This document shows positions 48,642 to 61,870 of a stretch of DNA of 64,000 nt, piece after piece. The notes under the pieces are model-generated. The model saw only the letters and a list, made by a program, of their open reading frames with translations, ran no database searches and was not told the origin of the DNA. Numbering within the stretch: position 1 is the first letter of the stretch; each line of letters begins with the position of its first letter. The DNA is taken from positions 1 to 64,000 of the forward strand of contig JAUCBJ010008532.1 of the NCBI GenBank assembly GCA_032718475.1, given 5' to 3'. The DNA comes from Nemertoderma westbladi. Lineage: Eukaryota; Animalia; Xenacoelomorpha. The translations under genes and the position numbers were made by a program.

Positions 48642-50946
48642 TATGGTGGCTGATTTAGGCCACATTTAATTTAATTTTTTTTCGAAGAGGATTAAGAAAA
48701 AAAATAAACTAAATTATATTATTTAGGGGATTAAGAAAACAGAAACAAATTAAACTAAATTATGCGAATATTGATTTCTGATTGGTTGAAAAAATAAATA
48801 AACTAAATTAAGTTATTTCTGATTGGTTTAAAAAATAAATAAACTAAATTAACTGTATTTCTGATTGGTTGAAAAAATAAATAAACTAAATTAAGTATAT
48901 TTCTGATTGGTTGAAAAAATAAATAAACTAAATTAAGTTATTTCTGATTGGTTAAAAAAATAAATAAACTAAATTAACTGTATTTCTGATTGGTTGAAAA
49001 AATAAATGAACTAAATTAAGTTATTTCTGATTGGTTGAAAAAATAAATAAACTAAATTAAGTTATTTCTGATTGGTTAAAAAAATAAATTAACTAAATTA
49101 ACTGTATTTCTGATTGGTTGAAAAAATAAATAAACTAAATTAAGTTATTTCTGATTGGTTGAAAAGATAAATAAACTAAATTAAGTTATTTCTGATTGGT
49201 TGAAAAAATAAATAAACTAAATTAAGGGAGGTTTCTGATTGGTTGAAAAAATAAATAAACTAAATTAAGTATATTTCTGATTGGTTGAAAAAATAAATAA
49301 ACTAAATTAAGTTATTTCTGATTGGTTAAAAAAATAAATAAACTAAATTAACTGTATTTCTGATTGGTTGAAAATCTAGATAAACTAAATTATACAGTCT
49401 GACAAGAGGCTAGTCAGATATTGGACTACTGCTTTAGTCAGTGTAGTTAGTTGGAGTGGAGTCATGTACTATCTTACCCGGTACTGTTGTTAGATTATGA
49501 CTCCTACGGCATGCTACTTGTTGATCAGTATATTTACCATGTCGTCCAGTCTTACAGAAGGGTTGGATCAGTATGCAAAGTTACTAGAGGATTACTTTCG
49601 GAAGGGTTACCAGCATAAAGAAATATGTACTCTCCTTTCTAGTAATGATGGATTCCCAGTGACTTCTTCTAGGACTGTAAAGATAGTAAATACTACTTTA
49701 CTGATAAGTAAAGATATGAACACGAGTGGCCTTGGTTATAGGCAAATGCAGAAGTTATTATTGTTAAATCATAAATTATATGTACCGAAAAAGTTAGTTG
49801 GTCAACTCCTTCATTTATTAGAACTGAACGCAGTTAGGAGAAGGATTAGTAGGAAAGTGGTCAGACGTACTTATATTTCAAAGGGCCCAAATTACTGGCA
49901 CCACTACCTGACTACTACACTACACTGCTACATGTACCAGTACTACAGTTTAACAGTAGCCTCCCTTACCATGTTGTTGGTGATTCTATTCATACATCAT
50001 ACAGCAGTACAGCATACAGACATAAACCACACACAGACCACGGCCAGGCAGTACTGCAGTACACCAGTACCACAAACTGGCAGTTAACCAATCAGAAATA
50101 ACTTAATTTAGTTTATTTATTTTTTCAACCAATCAAAAATAACTTAATTTAGTTTATTTATTTTTTCAACCAATCAGAAATATTTTAATTTAGTTTATTT
50201 ATTTTTTCAACCAATCAGAAATATACTTAATTTAGTTTATTTATTTTTTCAACCAATCAGAAACCTCCCTTAATTTAGTTTATTTATTTTTTCAACCAAT
50301 CAGAAATATACTTAATTTAGTTTATTTATTTTTTCAACCAATCAGAAACCTCCCTTAATTTAGTTTATTTATTTTTTCAACCAATCAGAAATAACTTAAT
50401 TTTGTTTATTTATTTTTTCAACCAATCAGACATAACTTAATTTAGTTTATTTATTTTTTCAACCAATCAGAAATACAGTTAATTTAGTTTATTTATTTTT
50501 TCAACCAATCAGAAATATACTTCATTTAGTTTATTTATTTTTTCAACCAATCAGAAACATCCCTTAATTTAGTTTATTTATTTTTTCAACCAATCAGAAA
50601 TAACTTAATTTAGTTTATTTATTTTTTCAACCAATCAGAAATAACTTAATTTAGTTTATTTATTTTTTCAACCAATCAGAAATACAGTTAATTTAGTTTA
50701 TTAATTTTTTCAACCAATCAGAAATAACTTAATTTAGTTTATTTATTTTTTCAACCAATCAGAAATATACTTAATTTAGTTTATTTATTTTTTCAACCAA
50801 TCAGAAATCAAAATCAATATTCACATAATTTAGTTTAATTTGTTTCTGTTTTCTTAATCCCCTAAATAATATAATTTAGTTTATTTTTTTCTTAATCCTC
50901 TTTGAAAAAAAAATTTAATTGAATGTGGCCTAAATCAGCCACCGTA
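48642..50946 (+). mobile_element. IS3EU-type DNA transposon, internally deleted, with 750-860-bp inverted arms
   Basis: Termini TATGG...CCGTA with 6-bp TSD GGTTTG. Arms contain ~41-bp repeats TTTCTGATTGGTTGAAAAAATAAATAAACTAAATTAAGTTA. Confidence 0.88.
49497..49900 (+). pseudogene. N-terminal fragment of an IS3EU/integrase-core-type transposase
   Basis: YFRKGYQHKEI...GYRQMQK.L...V....V..LL...R..R...RRTYISKGPNYWH. Breaks off just before the first catalytic Asp. Confidence 0.8.
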
Positions 50947-52750
50947 GGTTTGCCTACTTTAAATGCTGAAATGTTAAAATTTTCGTGCTCGCTACGCTCG
51001 CATCTTAATCACATCCGCATTTAAAAACAGTCAGTTAGGTTGACCTACTACTACTAACTACTAACTACAGCACTATCTGACACTGACTATTACCTGATTA
51101 CTGTCAGATTGTATTTATGTTAACATAATTGGGAAATTTCCTTGCTCGCTACGCTCGCATTTTAATGTTAAAATACTGTAGGGCTACAGCATTATAAACT
51201 GATAAATTATTACAACTGAGCAATTACTGCAAAATTTCATGGTCAATTGTTGGCTTGGCGCGCATTAGATATCATGGCTGGCGCGATTTTCGTTTAACCA
51301 GAACGCGTGTGGCGCGCTTTTTGTCAGTATTCCATATAGGATTCGAGTTAAAATCGCTTCGCCAAAACGACCAAGTAGCCCATAGGAATACACTAATTTT
51401 TTTTTGGTGATTTTGGTCATTTTGGCCGCCAAAACGACCAAGTTAATGTTTATTGGGATTGGGACTGTATTTGACACTGCTACCGCTTAACCCAAGTACA
51501 GAAGTAGCAATGCACAATGTCAATGCAGCAATGGGTACCGGTACCTATTCTTCAGTTCTTGTAGGCTAGTACTGTACTGCTGTAGTAATGTTATGGCTAT
51601 GCCTGATGCCAGTGCCAGGTACCAGGCCAGTACGAGTACATCAGTTTCAGTACCGGTACTACAGTACTACTGCAGTCTGCAGTACGCAATAGTGCAATAC
51701 AGTACCTACAGCCAGACAGCTTATCTCCACAACATGCAACTGTCTGGCAGTTGAGAACTGGCAGACTGGTTTTATGCAGGTGGTGGTCGGATTAGCCGGT
51801 CCCGGTAGCTACCTAACACTATATTAATAAGTGCACATTCTATGGGTATACGTTAGGGATTTCCCGTAGCATACCATATGCTACGGGAACTGTGCAGAAT
51901 ACGTACACATACATACACATACGCGTTAAGCACAAACCCCTCTTATATTCTGATAAAGAAGAATACAGATGTATTGCAGTACCGCGGTAGGATGAAAGTG
52001 AAAGTATCTTAGTTATACCGGCAGGCTCTTATTGCAGTATGTTATTGCCACTTTATAGAGTCCAATCTTAATATGCTACGCGTAGTTTATAACAGTCCAC
52101 CACATGTCTCTGCAGGATTCTCTGTACTGCAATTAGATTTTGCCATAGTAGTAGGCCTCTATAATACCGTATTGCTTATTTATTTTGTGTGCATCATAGG
52201 ATAGACAATAATGCTGTGCACCTTGCGCAGCATCCTGGTATATTTACCATCCATAGACCTGGTGTCTTAAGCAGTTTGAGACAAACTGCACTCACTGCTG
52301 CAAGGAAAAAGCGTAGAATTTTAGATTTCTACTTCCTTTCTTCAGATTTCTACTTTCATGGATGGATTCGGTTCAACATATCTAATTTTGAAGGAAATCT
52401 GAAGGTTGTTAAATGTTAGGATGGATTAACATAGAAGTAAATTCTAAAATACGTAAATCTCCTGAACTTTGTAAAATAATGCGTGTTTTAACGCGCACAA
52501 ACAGTAGGTCATATACATAAAATTAATTTTCCGTCAGAAGTCGATCTTCGATGACAACCGTTACCAAAAGCCAGCAACAGTAAAATTATGTATTATTATA
52601 TCTTGTTGCATCGCATACTTCTGTCATTGTTTGTCAACGCCATCTACTAAAGCATCACGAATATTCCATGGATGAACATCTGAAAATCATCAACAACATT
52701 ATATTACTTGACAGCTATTTCTTGTTCATCAACATATTATTATATCATTA

Positions 52751-54662
52751 CCCAGCAAAGACACATCCGGCTAATATCCGGATAATATCCAGCTAAACCC
52801 CGCTAAACCCCGCTAGCTTGGTTTTTAGCGTTTTAATATCCAGCTAATAGCTGGATAATAGTATCCGGCAATTCGCTGGAGAAAATATCCACTTAATATC
52901 TGGAAAAATCCTTGATTTAGCGTCACTTTAGCGTATGAATAAATCGACCTAATAAATAGCGGGATTTTAGCATCAGTTTAGCATGTAGAGAAGCTAAAAC
53001 TAGCTGAGAGTAGCGGGATTTTAGCACCAATTTAGTCGCTAAATATAGAAGTAAATAGCGGTGTTATAGCGACTAAGGGAAGGTGGACGGAGACGTGGGG
53101 GGGGGGGGGGGGGGGGGGGGGGAGTTGTACTTGACACAAATTCCATCTCGGCGAATTAATATCTCGTCTCATTGTTAAATTATTATGGATAGGACTAAAT
53201 ATGAATTTTGGTTGCCGTCAGCAACCACTCCCCCCCCCCCTTTTTTTCTGGATGGATGAGGCCATGTGTACAGTATTCCTCCATAACATATGTACAAACA
53301 TACCCCAGGAAGCAGAAGACATTCGCCAAAGATATTGAACATTGACATATGGTTACTTATTCAGTTTTCACCCATGATGTAATAATCTACAGTATGAGAC
53401 AATGTTTAGATTACAGTAGGTACAACATGCCGAATTACAGTGAAATACCCCAATTAGCCAATTTGAAATTTTAAAATAATGTAATAATTTTAATCACTAG
53501 TTGAACGAAATTAAATATGAACCAACACATTCAATAATGATCGTTCACGTTTCATTCAGTTTTACGTCCATTTATTTATACTGTATCAACAATACAGTAC
53601 AGTACCTAAAATATGAACGATCATGGCACGGTGTTTTAATTTTTATGAACTTTCACAAGTATACCATAATTGAAGCCATCCCGATGACGTTTTTGATAAT
53701 TAAAATGATTTACAACATTAACAAACTAACAACACCTACTAACCAACACATACTAACAACATTAAGCACTTCGCAATTATAACACTTTTGATATTGCCCC
53801 GGATACATACTGTAATACAGTAGAATAAGATAAAAAATTTATACAGTAGGCCTACCTGCAGTGCTACAATATCTCAGGTTACAGTACCTACAGTTGTTAT
53901 ACAGTAGTACAGACAATATGTACTGTACTTTAAATTTTCATTTGTACATTTTTGCAGTGAACAAAAAAAAATATTCAACTGTCAAAAATTAAACGGCATT
54001 TACATAAACTACCAACCCCAACCCCCCGACACTACCTCAATTTGCAGAAAACTGAAATTATTGGATAGATATATGGTTTCTTATCTTCGAATAATCGATT
54101 AGAAACAGTTTACAATTTATTATTTTTAATAAATTATAATTATGAATTATCTAATATGGTTGTAAATAAGATCAAATATATAGATTTTAAAAATCGAATT
54201 AATATTTTTTGGTGATCGCTTAAAGTTATATAGGATACTCCTAAGTCTTAATGCATTATATATTCTCTTATTATACTCAAACGATTACATCTCAGTTTGT
54301 ATAGAGTATTGTAGGTGTAGGGCCGTAGGGTGTAGGCATAGGGTAGGTAAGGTAGGCTAACCACTCCAGCCCCCCCCCCCCCCCTCCCCTCCTCTCTCCA
54401 CAGAGTATGCACAAGGAACGCCATGTGATTGGACAAAGCGAATTTTTTTTAACCTGGGCAGCTACAAATGCCGCTAAATCCACGCTAAAGTGCCGCTAAG
54501 GAACCGCTAAAAACCGGATAATTATCCCGCTAAAAACACCGCTATAGCGGGGACCACTTTTACGGCGATTATCCGGATATTATCTTATAAAAATAGCGGG
54601 ATATTAGCAGGATGGTACATCCCGCTATTAGCGTGCTAATCGCTGGATATGTATTTGCTGGG
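52751..54662. mobile_element. 1.9-kb non-autonomous DNA transposon (CCCAG termini, EnSpm/CMC-like)
   Basis: TA|CCCAGCAAAGACACATCC...GGATATGTATTTGCTGGG|TA, with subterminal CCCGCTAAA / ATATCCGG repeats at both ends. Confidence 0.8.
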
Positions 54663-56994
54663 TAGCTACCCGCTACCTATACATATAACGCCCAATTTAT
54701 TTTTAACTGGTAAACATTTAAGACGAAAGGCAGCGTTCCATTAGGCTTACATTAACTCGCTTATTTTTAACTGAAATGTAATAAATATATTTTTCCTATA
54801 AAAACCAATCGTGTTAGCAGATTAATATTCACTATGATATTCCATGAAATAGTCCCAAGAAGGCCTATGGCTAATGACTAATGAGACTTTTTTGCTTTTA
54901 TTTTTACTATAATATTCAAGAATCAATCAAGATCACATTCATACAGGAGCACCGAAGGAAATATATGTCTACAGTATGATTTATAGCGGGATAAATAGTT
55001 AACGATGCTGTGCAGTGTCAATTACATACAGTTCTGTATCATCATGACCAATGAGATTAGTGCATTAACGATCATTCGGGGATTGGTGGCTTTATATACT
55101 GTAGAATAATATTTCGGTAATTTTTCCTTCATAAGAAGTAAACAAATTTGAAATACAGTACAAATTATAAACACATTCAAAACAATTCTAAACATACAGT
55201 TGAGCCGACCTTGCACAGTATAGTAAAATTGCATTTCGAAAGTATTCGACAGCGAAGAGTATCTGTGATAATAATAATAAAATAAATAAATCAGAACCCT
55301 ATTAAAATTTGGTTTAAAAATATATGTGGGTTTTACTTGAGAAATGAAATCTGCATTATATTTCTGCACATAATTTTAAAGGAAATTTACTTGGTCGCAA
55401 TTGTCCGGATACTGTATATATAAATAATTATACTCATTATGATTAGGCCTATTGTAGCTATATATTAACAGTGGGAGATTGACCCAACAATATTATCAAT
55501 GTTATATTCTGGAATGATTTTATATTAATTGTACTAATTCATTAAACTGTGTAATTACTGTTGGCCTAGCTATATTTCATTTACTGCAGCTTTATTTCAT
55601 TTGACTGTATCTACATTTTAACATAGGGAGCTGCTGACCCAAAATTATTCGCAATTATATATTCTGGAATGCTTACAAATAAAATTAATTGTTTTAACTG
55701 TTGCTCTAAAAATTAGCATAGCATAGGCCTACTGTGCGAATATAGTTAACATTGTTCATGCAATATTTGTTGCTTTTACTGTTGTTTGTTTTGGATAATT
55801 TTATTGAATTCATTTTTTTTACTAGCTATCGATAAAACAATTTTGAAATCTAGAATGTTGTTTAACTAATTATTTATGATTATAATGATCTAAGGACAAC
55901 TGTGACCCGGACAATTAATTGTGACTCAAGATCAAGATTTTAGAAAATTCCGTTGGGTTGCAATTGCCCGGGTCGCAATAGTCCTAACTCCGCCTGACAT
56001 CCTGACAGGTTGAAGAAAAACGGAAAAAATTCAAATTATCTAAAATGGACAAAAAAGCGGACAAAAAGTAAGAAATAACGGACAAACGAAAATCACAGCC
56101 TAAAAAAATTTCAAAATGTATCTTCACAAGTGCTGACCAGAAAGCAAGTATTTTTACAAATATATATATATTGATCTTGAAATTTATTGGAATTATACAA
56201 AAATAGATAGCCCCAGGCCGCCTAATAAGACTACTGCGACAGAAAACCTGCCACCTCCTCATCCATATTATGCAGAATAAAGGAGCTGCCATCTGTCTGT
56301 GACTGCAGAGCTTCATCTAATAATAATCTAATAAGGACCCATAGGCCTACTACAGTACTGTACCTCAGTAGACACAGTACCAATGGCTATGGCTTGTCAG
56401 AGGATTGATTGGTCTTATTACACTTCTCAGTACACTGCTAGATGCAGGTCGCTGGTGCAGGGCATGTTGTGGGGTATGAGACCCATATCTGAGTCCTACT
56501 GGGGCACCCACCCCAGGGCGCGGTATTTGTCCCTAGAGCTGATTCGGCAAAGAGGCACCCCACTATGGAATGTATCAGGAATGCGATGATCCTAGGGGCC
56601 AGTGGAAACTTGAATGGGTTTCACACAGTTGCCATTTATCTCCTGAAATACCAGTCTTACTCTTACCCCCTACAGGAAAGTGATTGACCAACTTAAATAC
56701 CAACGGCTACCCCGCCTAAGTTGTAATATAAGATAATGTATACTTTATTACTACTACAGTACTATTATACATTACTACTGTAGGTCGAGCGAACTCGGAC
56801 AGTGGAAATGAGATTCTTCCAGGCTTCCCGATTCTCCATAGTTGTCGCAATTTCTTAATTTAATACTACTGTATATAACTGTCAATAATTATTGTGTCTA
56901 ATCATAATTCTATAGCATATTAGTCTTTATCGGATACCATAAATACTGTATATATTATTTGTCAGAAGTGAAATTTATTATTAAACACATTAAA

Positions 56995-58197
56995 ATGGTG
57001 GAATTCTCGATTGTCAATGTCAATAACGCGACAGAAGAAAATGTTTGCAAAGGCGCAAATGACAGAAGTCTATGGGAAATTGCTCCAAAAATCGTCCTCT
57101 ATGGCTCTGTTTCAGTTGTGGGGATATGCTCAAATCTATTGGCTTTGATTGTTATTGCAACTACACCGAAAGAGCAGATGAAAATGATAGACGTGTTAGC
57201 TGGTAATCTTCTAATGTCAGACTTAATCTACATTACTGGATGTCCATTTCTTCTTGCTTCTCTTGTAAAGAAAACCTGGTTGTTTGGTGATGTAGGATGC
57301 AAAATAATATTCGCTTTGGATGCGCTAACAATGTCTGCAAGTATATTTACTTTGGTAAAAATGAGTTTCGAGAGATATCAAGTAATGAGCCATGCACGGA
57401 GAGGGAGAAATATAAACAAGCGACATTTAGCATTCATATGGTTTCTAAGTATTTTAATCGCAATGCCTTTCGCCATATTTACCTGGAAGGCATCTACCCC
57501 TTGTGGAACACACTGTGGAGGGTCATGGCCAAATTTTTCGGAGACAATTAATTCGGCCACAGTATATATTATTTTCCTCAGCTTGGTTCTCTACATCATC
57601 CCCTTGTTTGTCATCGCCATTACCTACAGGGCTATGATCATGAGCATCAAAAGCCAGCTTCGCTTGGCCATTGGAAACAATAAACCGGATGAAAGTGAAA
57701 TGGGTATAGCATTAAAAAATACGATTACCACTGCAGAAAGTTCACTTTGCATGAGAGAAAGTACAGTGACACAAGAAACAGCCGAAAGTCCACTGGTCAG
57801 TGTCATCTCAAATAATCAATTGATCATGGATGGGGCGAATAGTATAACATCCCACAGTCATGATGAAAGCAAAGCACAAAATAGCTTGCGTCAGATAAAT
57901 AACAAAATTACGCGGATGGTAGTGGCTGTCATCTTGGCTTTTGCATTTTGCTACCTACCATTTTGGACCTGGCAACTAGCTATGCATTTGCTCAAAATTC
58001 GCCAACTAATTTATATTTCTGGGTCGACAATAAAGACCATTCAAATGGTGGTAGTTTTTACTTCTTATGTGAATGTCATAGTAGACCCTATTCTTTGTTT
58101 CGTGCTTTGCAGCAAATATCGTACTAGATTGAAGTTCATGATGGTGTCACTGTGTTGCAAACAGAGAGTTATTGAAACACCGCGGGATGGTCCATAA
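56995..58197 (+). CDS. Intronless class A peptide GPCR, urotensin-II-receptor-like (somatostatin/MCH/UII receptor group), ~400 aa
   Basis: Seven hydrophobic segments and an N-terminal NAT sequon. WLFGDVGCKIIFALDALTMSASIFTLVKMSFERY and FCYLPFWTWQL closely follow UTS2R as I recall it ([44 protein letters not shown]). First ATG at 56995. Confidence 0.85.
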   Translation: MVEFSIVNVNNATEENVCKGANDRSLWEIAPKIVLYGSVSVVGICSNLLALIVIATTPKEQMKMIDVLAGNLLMSDLIYITGCPFLLASLVKKTWLFGDVGCKIIFALDALTMSASIFTLVKMSFERYQVMSHARRGRNINKRHLAFIWFLSILIAMPFAIFTWKASTPCGTHCGGSWPNFSETINSATVYIIFLSLVLYIIPLFVIAITYRAMIMSIKSQLRLAIGNNKPDESEMGIALKNTITTAESSLCMRESTVTQETAESPLVSVISNNQLIMDGANSITSHSHDESKAQNSLRQINNKITRMVVAVILAFAFCYLPFWTWQLAMHLLKIRQLIYISGSTIKTIQMVVVFTSYVNVIVDPILCFVLCSKYRTRLKFMMVSLCCKQRVIETPRDGP

Positions 58198-58423
58198 TAT
58201 TTCAATGTAAATTGATGTGAACTCGTAACTTTAAAGCTTTATGCATCTAATTGTTGATAAATGTTAGAGGGCATTATCCAATGGACATAAGAGGTCAACA
58301 TACCGGAACACAAATGTCTATGTCTAACCGAAATAACGTAACAAAAGCAAAAGCAAAACCTATACAACAAGAACATATGCAACATCAGTAGGCCTACACC
58401 ATGCCCCAAAATGTACTATACTG

Positions 58424-61400
58424 TAGTATCGTTATTCAGGTACCTGCAAATTTGTCAAGTAATTAATTTATCCCTAATTTTTCTACAATTCTGAATGAGA
58501 CTGCATGAAATTTGAAACCGAGTTAAGCAATGCGGGCATTGAATTGATAGAAACGGCATTAGTCTGGTTCCAAATCCTGAAAATACGCCTAGAAAGTGAT
58601 GGCGAAGGAAAATTTGGGTAATAGATGTGAGTGTGCTGAATAGAATGTGCTGATTCCGAATCCGTCTGATGCCAAGCTCAATTGTGAATTTTTGGGTCCC
58701 GTTTCACCATTTCAACAGTAGGTAATTTGCAAAACACCGTTTTCTATTGACCCGACAGAATTCTAACCTTTGACCTACACCCCCCCCCCCCCCCCCCCCC
58801 CCCCCTCCTAAACCGGCATCAGAGAATCCATTGAGGTGAATTTTAGTTACACGTTACCATGGCAACTGTTCGAAATACGTCTTTAAATGTCGTTTTTACT
58901 GCAAATTTAGGTGAATTTTTGCAAATATCAATAGTTTTCTAAACCATTGCCAAATACGTGTTCCCCTCGGGCTAAAATCATGAAACGTTCCAAATATATT
59001 GTCAATATGACCCTCTATATTTTTAATGTTGGCGCCATAAAAATGGATTAGCAGTTACCATGTATCCATTGAAACTAACAAAAAATAACCTTGTGCAATT
59101 TTTCATCACTTTACTTATAGTTACTATCAATTTAAAAAGAAATCCATTTAGGGTCAATTATCTTACATGTTCATAACCCAAGACAATTATTTACCGACGC
59201 AGCAGGTCTTTTCTTATTACCATAGCAACGGGAAACATTTTGTAATATGTAGAATATCCGTCAGAAACATGTCATGTATTTCAGATGCATATCAATATGT
59301 TATATAGTCAACATTCATGATCACAAGTGAAGTCATTATTCTATTGTTACCATAGCAACGGGCATATTTTATTATTTATATATTTCCAATATCGTTTTGG
59401 TATTTTATTCGTCTTAGAGGTTAATAATTTAAGGCTTTTTGATAATTACAAGTATATGGGGTCTTCTGTAGTTATTCTATTTGACAAAGTCATGTTTTAT
59501 GGTCATAGCAACCGGAGTTTTCCTCGTAATACGGGAGTAACTGTTGGGTTTCTCATAATTTTTTGAATAGTGCAGTTCAGTCAAATTTGAAAATATGGGA
59601 CGTATACCAAATCACTAAAATATATTTGAATTTACTTTATGTTCTTAGCCACGAAAGTTTACCATAGCAACCGGTGGTTTTTCGTAAGAACATTGTGTTT
59701 TTCATACTATTAACATGTTTTTTGCAAAGGTTTTATATAAGAAAAGCAAGTTATCTCTAGTGATGGTATGTTTTACATAACAATGATAATTTTTGCATAG
59801 CAACGATTACTTTAGCTTAGCAACCACGTGTCTTCATTGTAACAACGGTCTTTTCACAACAAAAACATATTTTTACAGTACATAAAAGGTGAGTTTTACA
59901 GTGGCAATCAACTATCTTTTTGTTTTTTCCATAGCAATGGTGAGTTTATCCTTAGCAACGGCGACGTTTGTATAGTAGTGACGAGTTTACCTTAGCTACG
60001 GATTGTTTTTACATGGTAAAAACTTCGAGATATCACTATCACAAGAACATCTGATAGAGATTTAGATGAATCTGCACTACAAGGAAATCATGAAGAGGCA
60101 GAAACTCGTATACAGTAGTATTGCATTTACTAAACATTGATGCAGATTCTATGGTCTGTGGTATTGTCTAGAGATACATGGTGAGGTTAGTAGTAGTAGT
60201 AGTGAACGGTTTACTGGCCCGTTCAGCCTTTAATTTTCGCCAAAATCATATTTTGCACACTACAGTATAGCGTAATAGTAATGTATTACGATCGCAACAA
60301 ACAGCAATATTAATATACTCAGTATATTTTTGCACAAACTAAGTAAATATAAAAGTAAATAACACTTACTAATATTATTATTTCTAATTTATTAATTAAT
60401 TATTCGAAAAAACTTTTAATACTGCTTCAATAAATTTACATAGTAGTACCGGTGCACTGTACGTTTCTTTAAACAAGTCTATCTGTTCACGGGGGATTAG
60501 CAGTGGTTGGCGGAGCTTAGTGGGAAGACTACCGATAAATTGATAACGGTAGTTGAGACCGCATTTAGAACGGCTCGACTTATTAGACCTTCGAACCCCT
60601 GGGCCTCAACCCTCCCAGTGAAGAATTTCTAGACTCTTGAGATCCGAAGAAAGAACATTTGTGGATTCGGTTCTTATAATTACACCTTAGCTACAGAAAC
60701 CATCTTAGCAGCGGAGGCATTTATGTTCTGCATTTATGGCTTGAATGGTGAGGGTAAATGTGACAAGCCACGGCACGTATTAAATTGTTTACAAAATTGT
60801 TTGCAGGAGGCACTGCCACCAACCACCGATGCTACCCATCTCCAAATAAAACGCTCCACCTCTGGGTGGACAGTTATAGACAACCAACTCATACCAGTGT
60901 TCATGATGCTACCACCAATCCCTGCATCATGTTTGGAAATAACATCATGCTGTTGTTCCAAAGGATGCCTTTCAAACCGTTGTGGATGCCAACAGGTTGG
61001 CCTCAGATGCGCAGATGCTTGCAAATGCATTGTTTCATCAATACCTTGCGAAAACATAGCATAGCATAGCATAAACTGTATAAATAAAAATTGCAACAAA
61101 TCTAGCTGTAAGATTCGGGGGGGGGGGGGGGGGAGGAGATAACAATGCCGCATCTGTGATAAACTTACTGTTACTATGCACTAAACACATTGTTGCTATA
61201 GAAAACTCTTAACAAGGTGGTGTTACTACTTGGGATTCCTTGAGAACTAGTTGTTACCATGTAAAAACAATCCGTTGCTAAGGGAACTCGTCATTACTAT
61301 ACAAACGTCGCCGTTGCTATGGAAAAAAACAAAAACATAGTTGATTGCCACTGTAAAACTCACCTATTATGTACTGTATAAAAAATGTTATTGTTGTGAA

Positions 61401-61556
61401 AAGACCGCTGTTACAATGAAAACACGTCGTTGCTAATCTAAAGTAGTCGTTGCTATGAAAAATTATCATTGTTATGCAAAACATGCCATCACTACAGATA
61501 AATTGCCTCTTATAAGAAGCCTCTTACATAAAACCTATGCAAAATACATGTTAACC
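58424..61556 (+). mobile_element. Academ-like DNA transposon remnant (boundaries approximate)
   Basis: NHEEAETRI at ~60087 (XPG-like). LPPT...GW......P...CCCSKGCLSNRCGCQQVGLRCADACKC at 60723-61064. Inverted arms ~59705-60020 and ~61250-61555 rich in CCATAGCAAC. Confidence 0.65.
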
Positions 61557-61870
61557 CTATTAAACCCGGGGGGGGGGGGGTGGGGGGGTTCCATCCCGTG
61601 GTTTTTTTATTATAAGTCTGAAACAAACGCAGTTGGGAATCTGAAATTTTATGACTTTTCCTAAATCTCTATATCTTTGGCTAATTATTCGAATATATTT
61701 TATTTGCTCGTATAGAATCGTTTTTGATTACAAGTGATTTACAATTTTCGTTTAACCCTATTAAACCCCGGGGGGGGGGGGGGTCAATATGACCCCCCGT
61801 GGTTTTTTTATTATAATTCTGAAACAAACGCAGTTGGGAATCTGAAATTTTATGACTTTTCCTAAAAATA
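61551..61870 (+). mobile_element. Two tandem left ends of a piggyBac-like MITE
   Basis: TTAA|CCCTATTAAACCC(G)n...GAAACAAACGCAGTTGGGAATCTGAAATTTTATGACTTTTCCTAAA at 61551 and 61752. Confidence 0.55.

Larger units (their letters stand above)
45885..51479. mobile_element. ~5.6-kb TIR element nested in the MULE (CAGTG terminus, possibly hAT)
   Basis: GTGTCAAATA[...]CAGTCCCAATCCCAATAAACATTAACTTGGTCATTTTGGCGGCC on the left is the reverse complement of ~51410-51479. TSD not recognisable. Confidence 0.7.
42070..51939 (-). mobile_element. Mutator/MULE DNA transposon, 9.87 kb, inserted in the Gypsy LTR
   Basis: ~80-bp TIRs GGGTTTGTGCTTAACGCGTATGTG...TTCCCGTAGCATACCRTATGCTACGGGAA. Perfect 9-bp TSD CTCTTATAT at 42061-42069 and 51940-51948. 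Confidence 0.93.
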
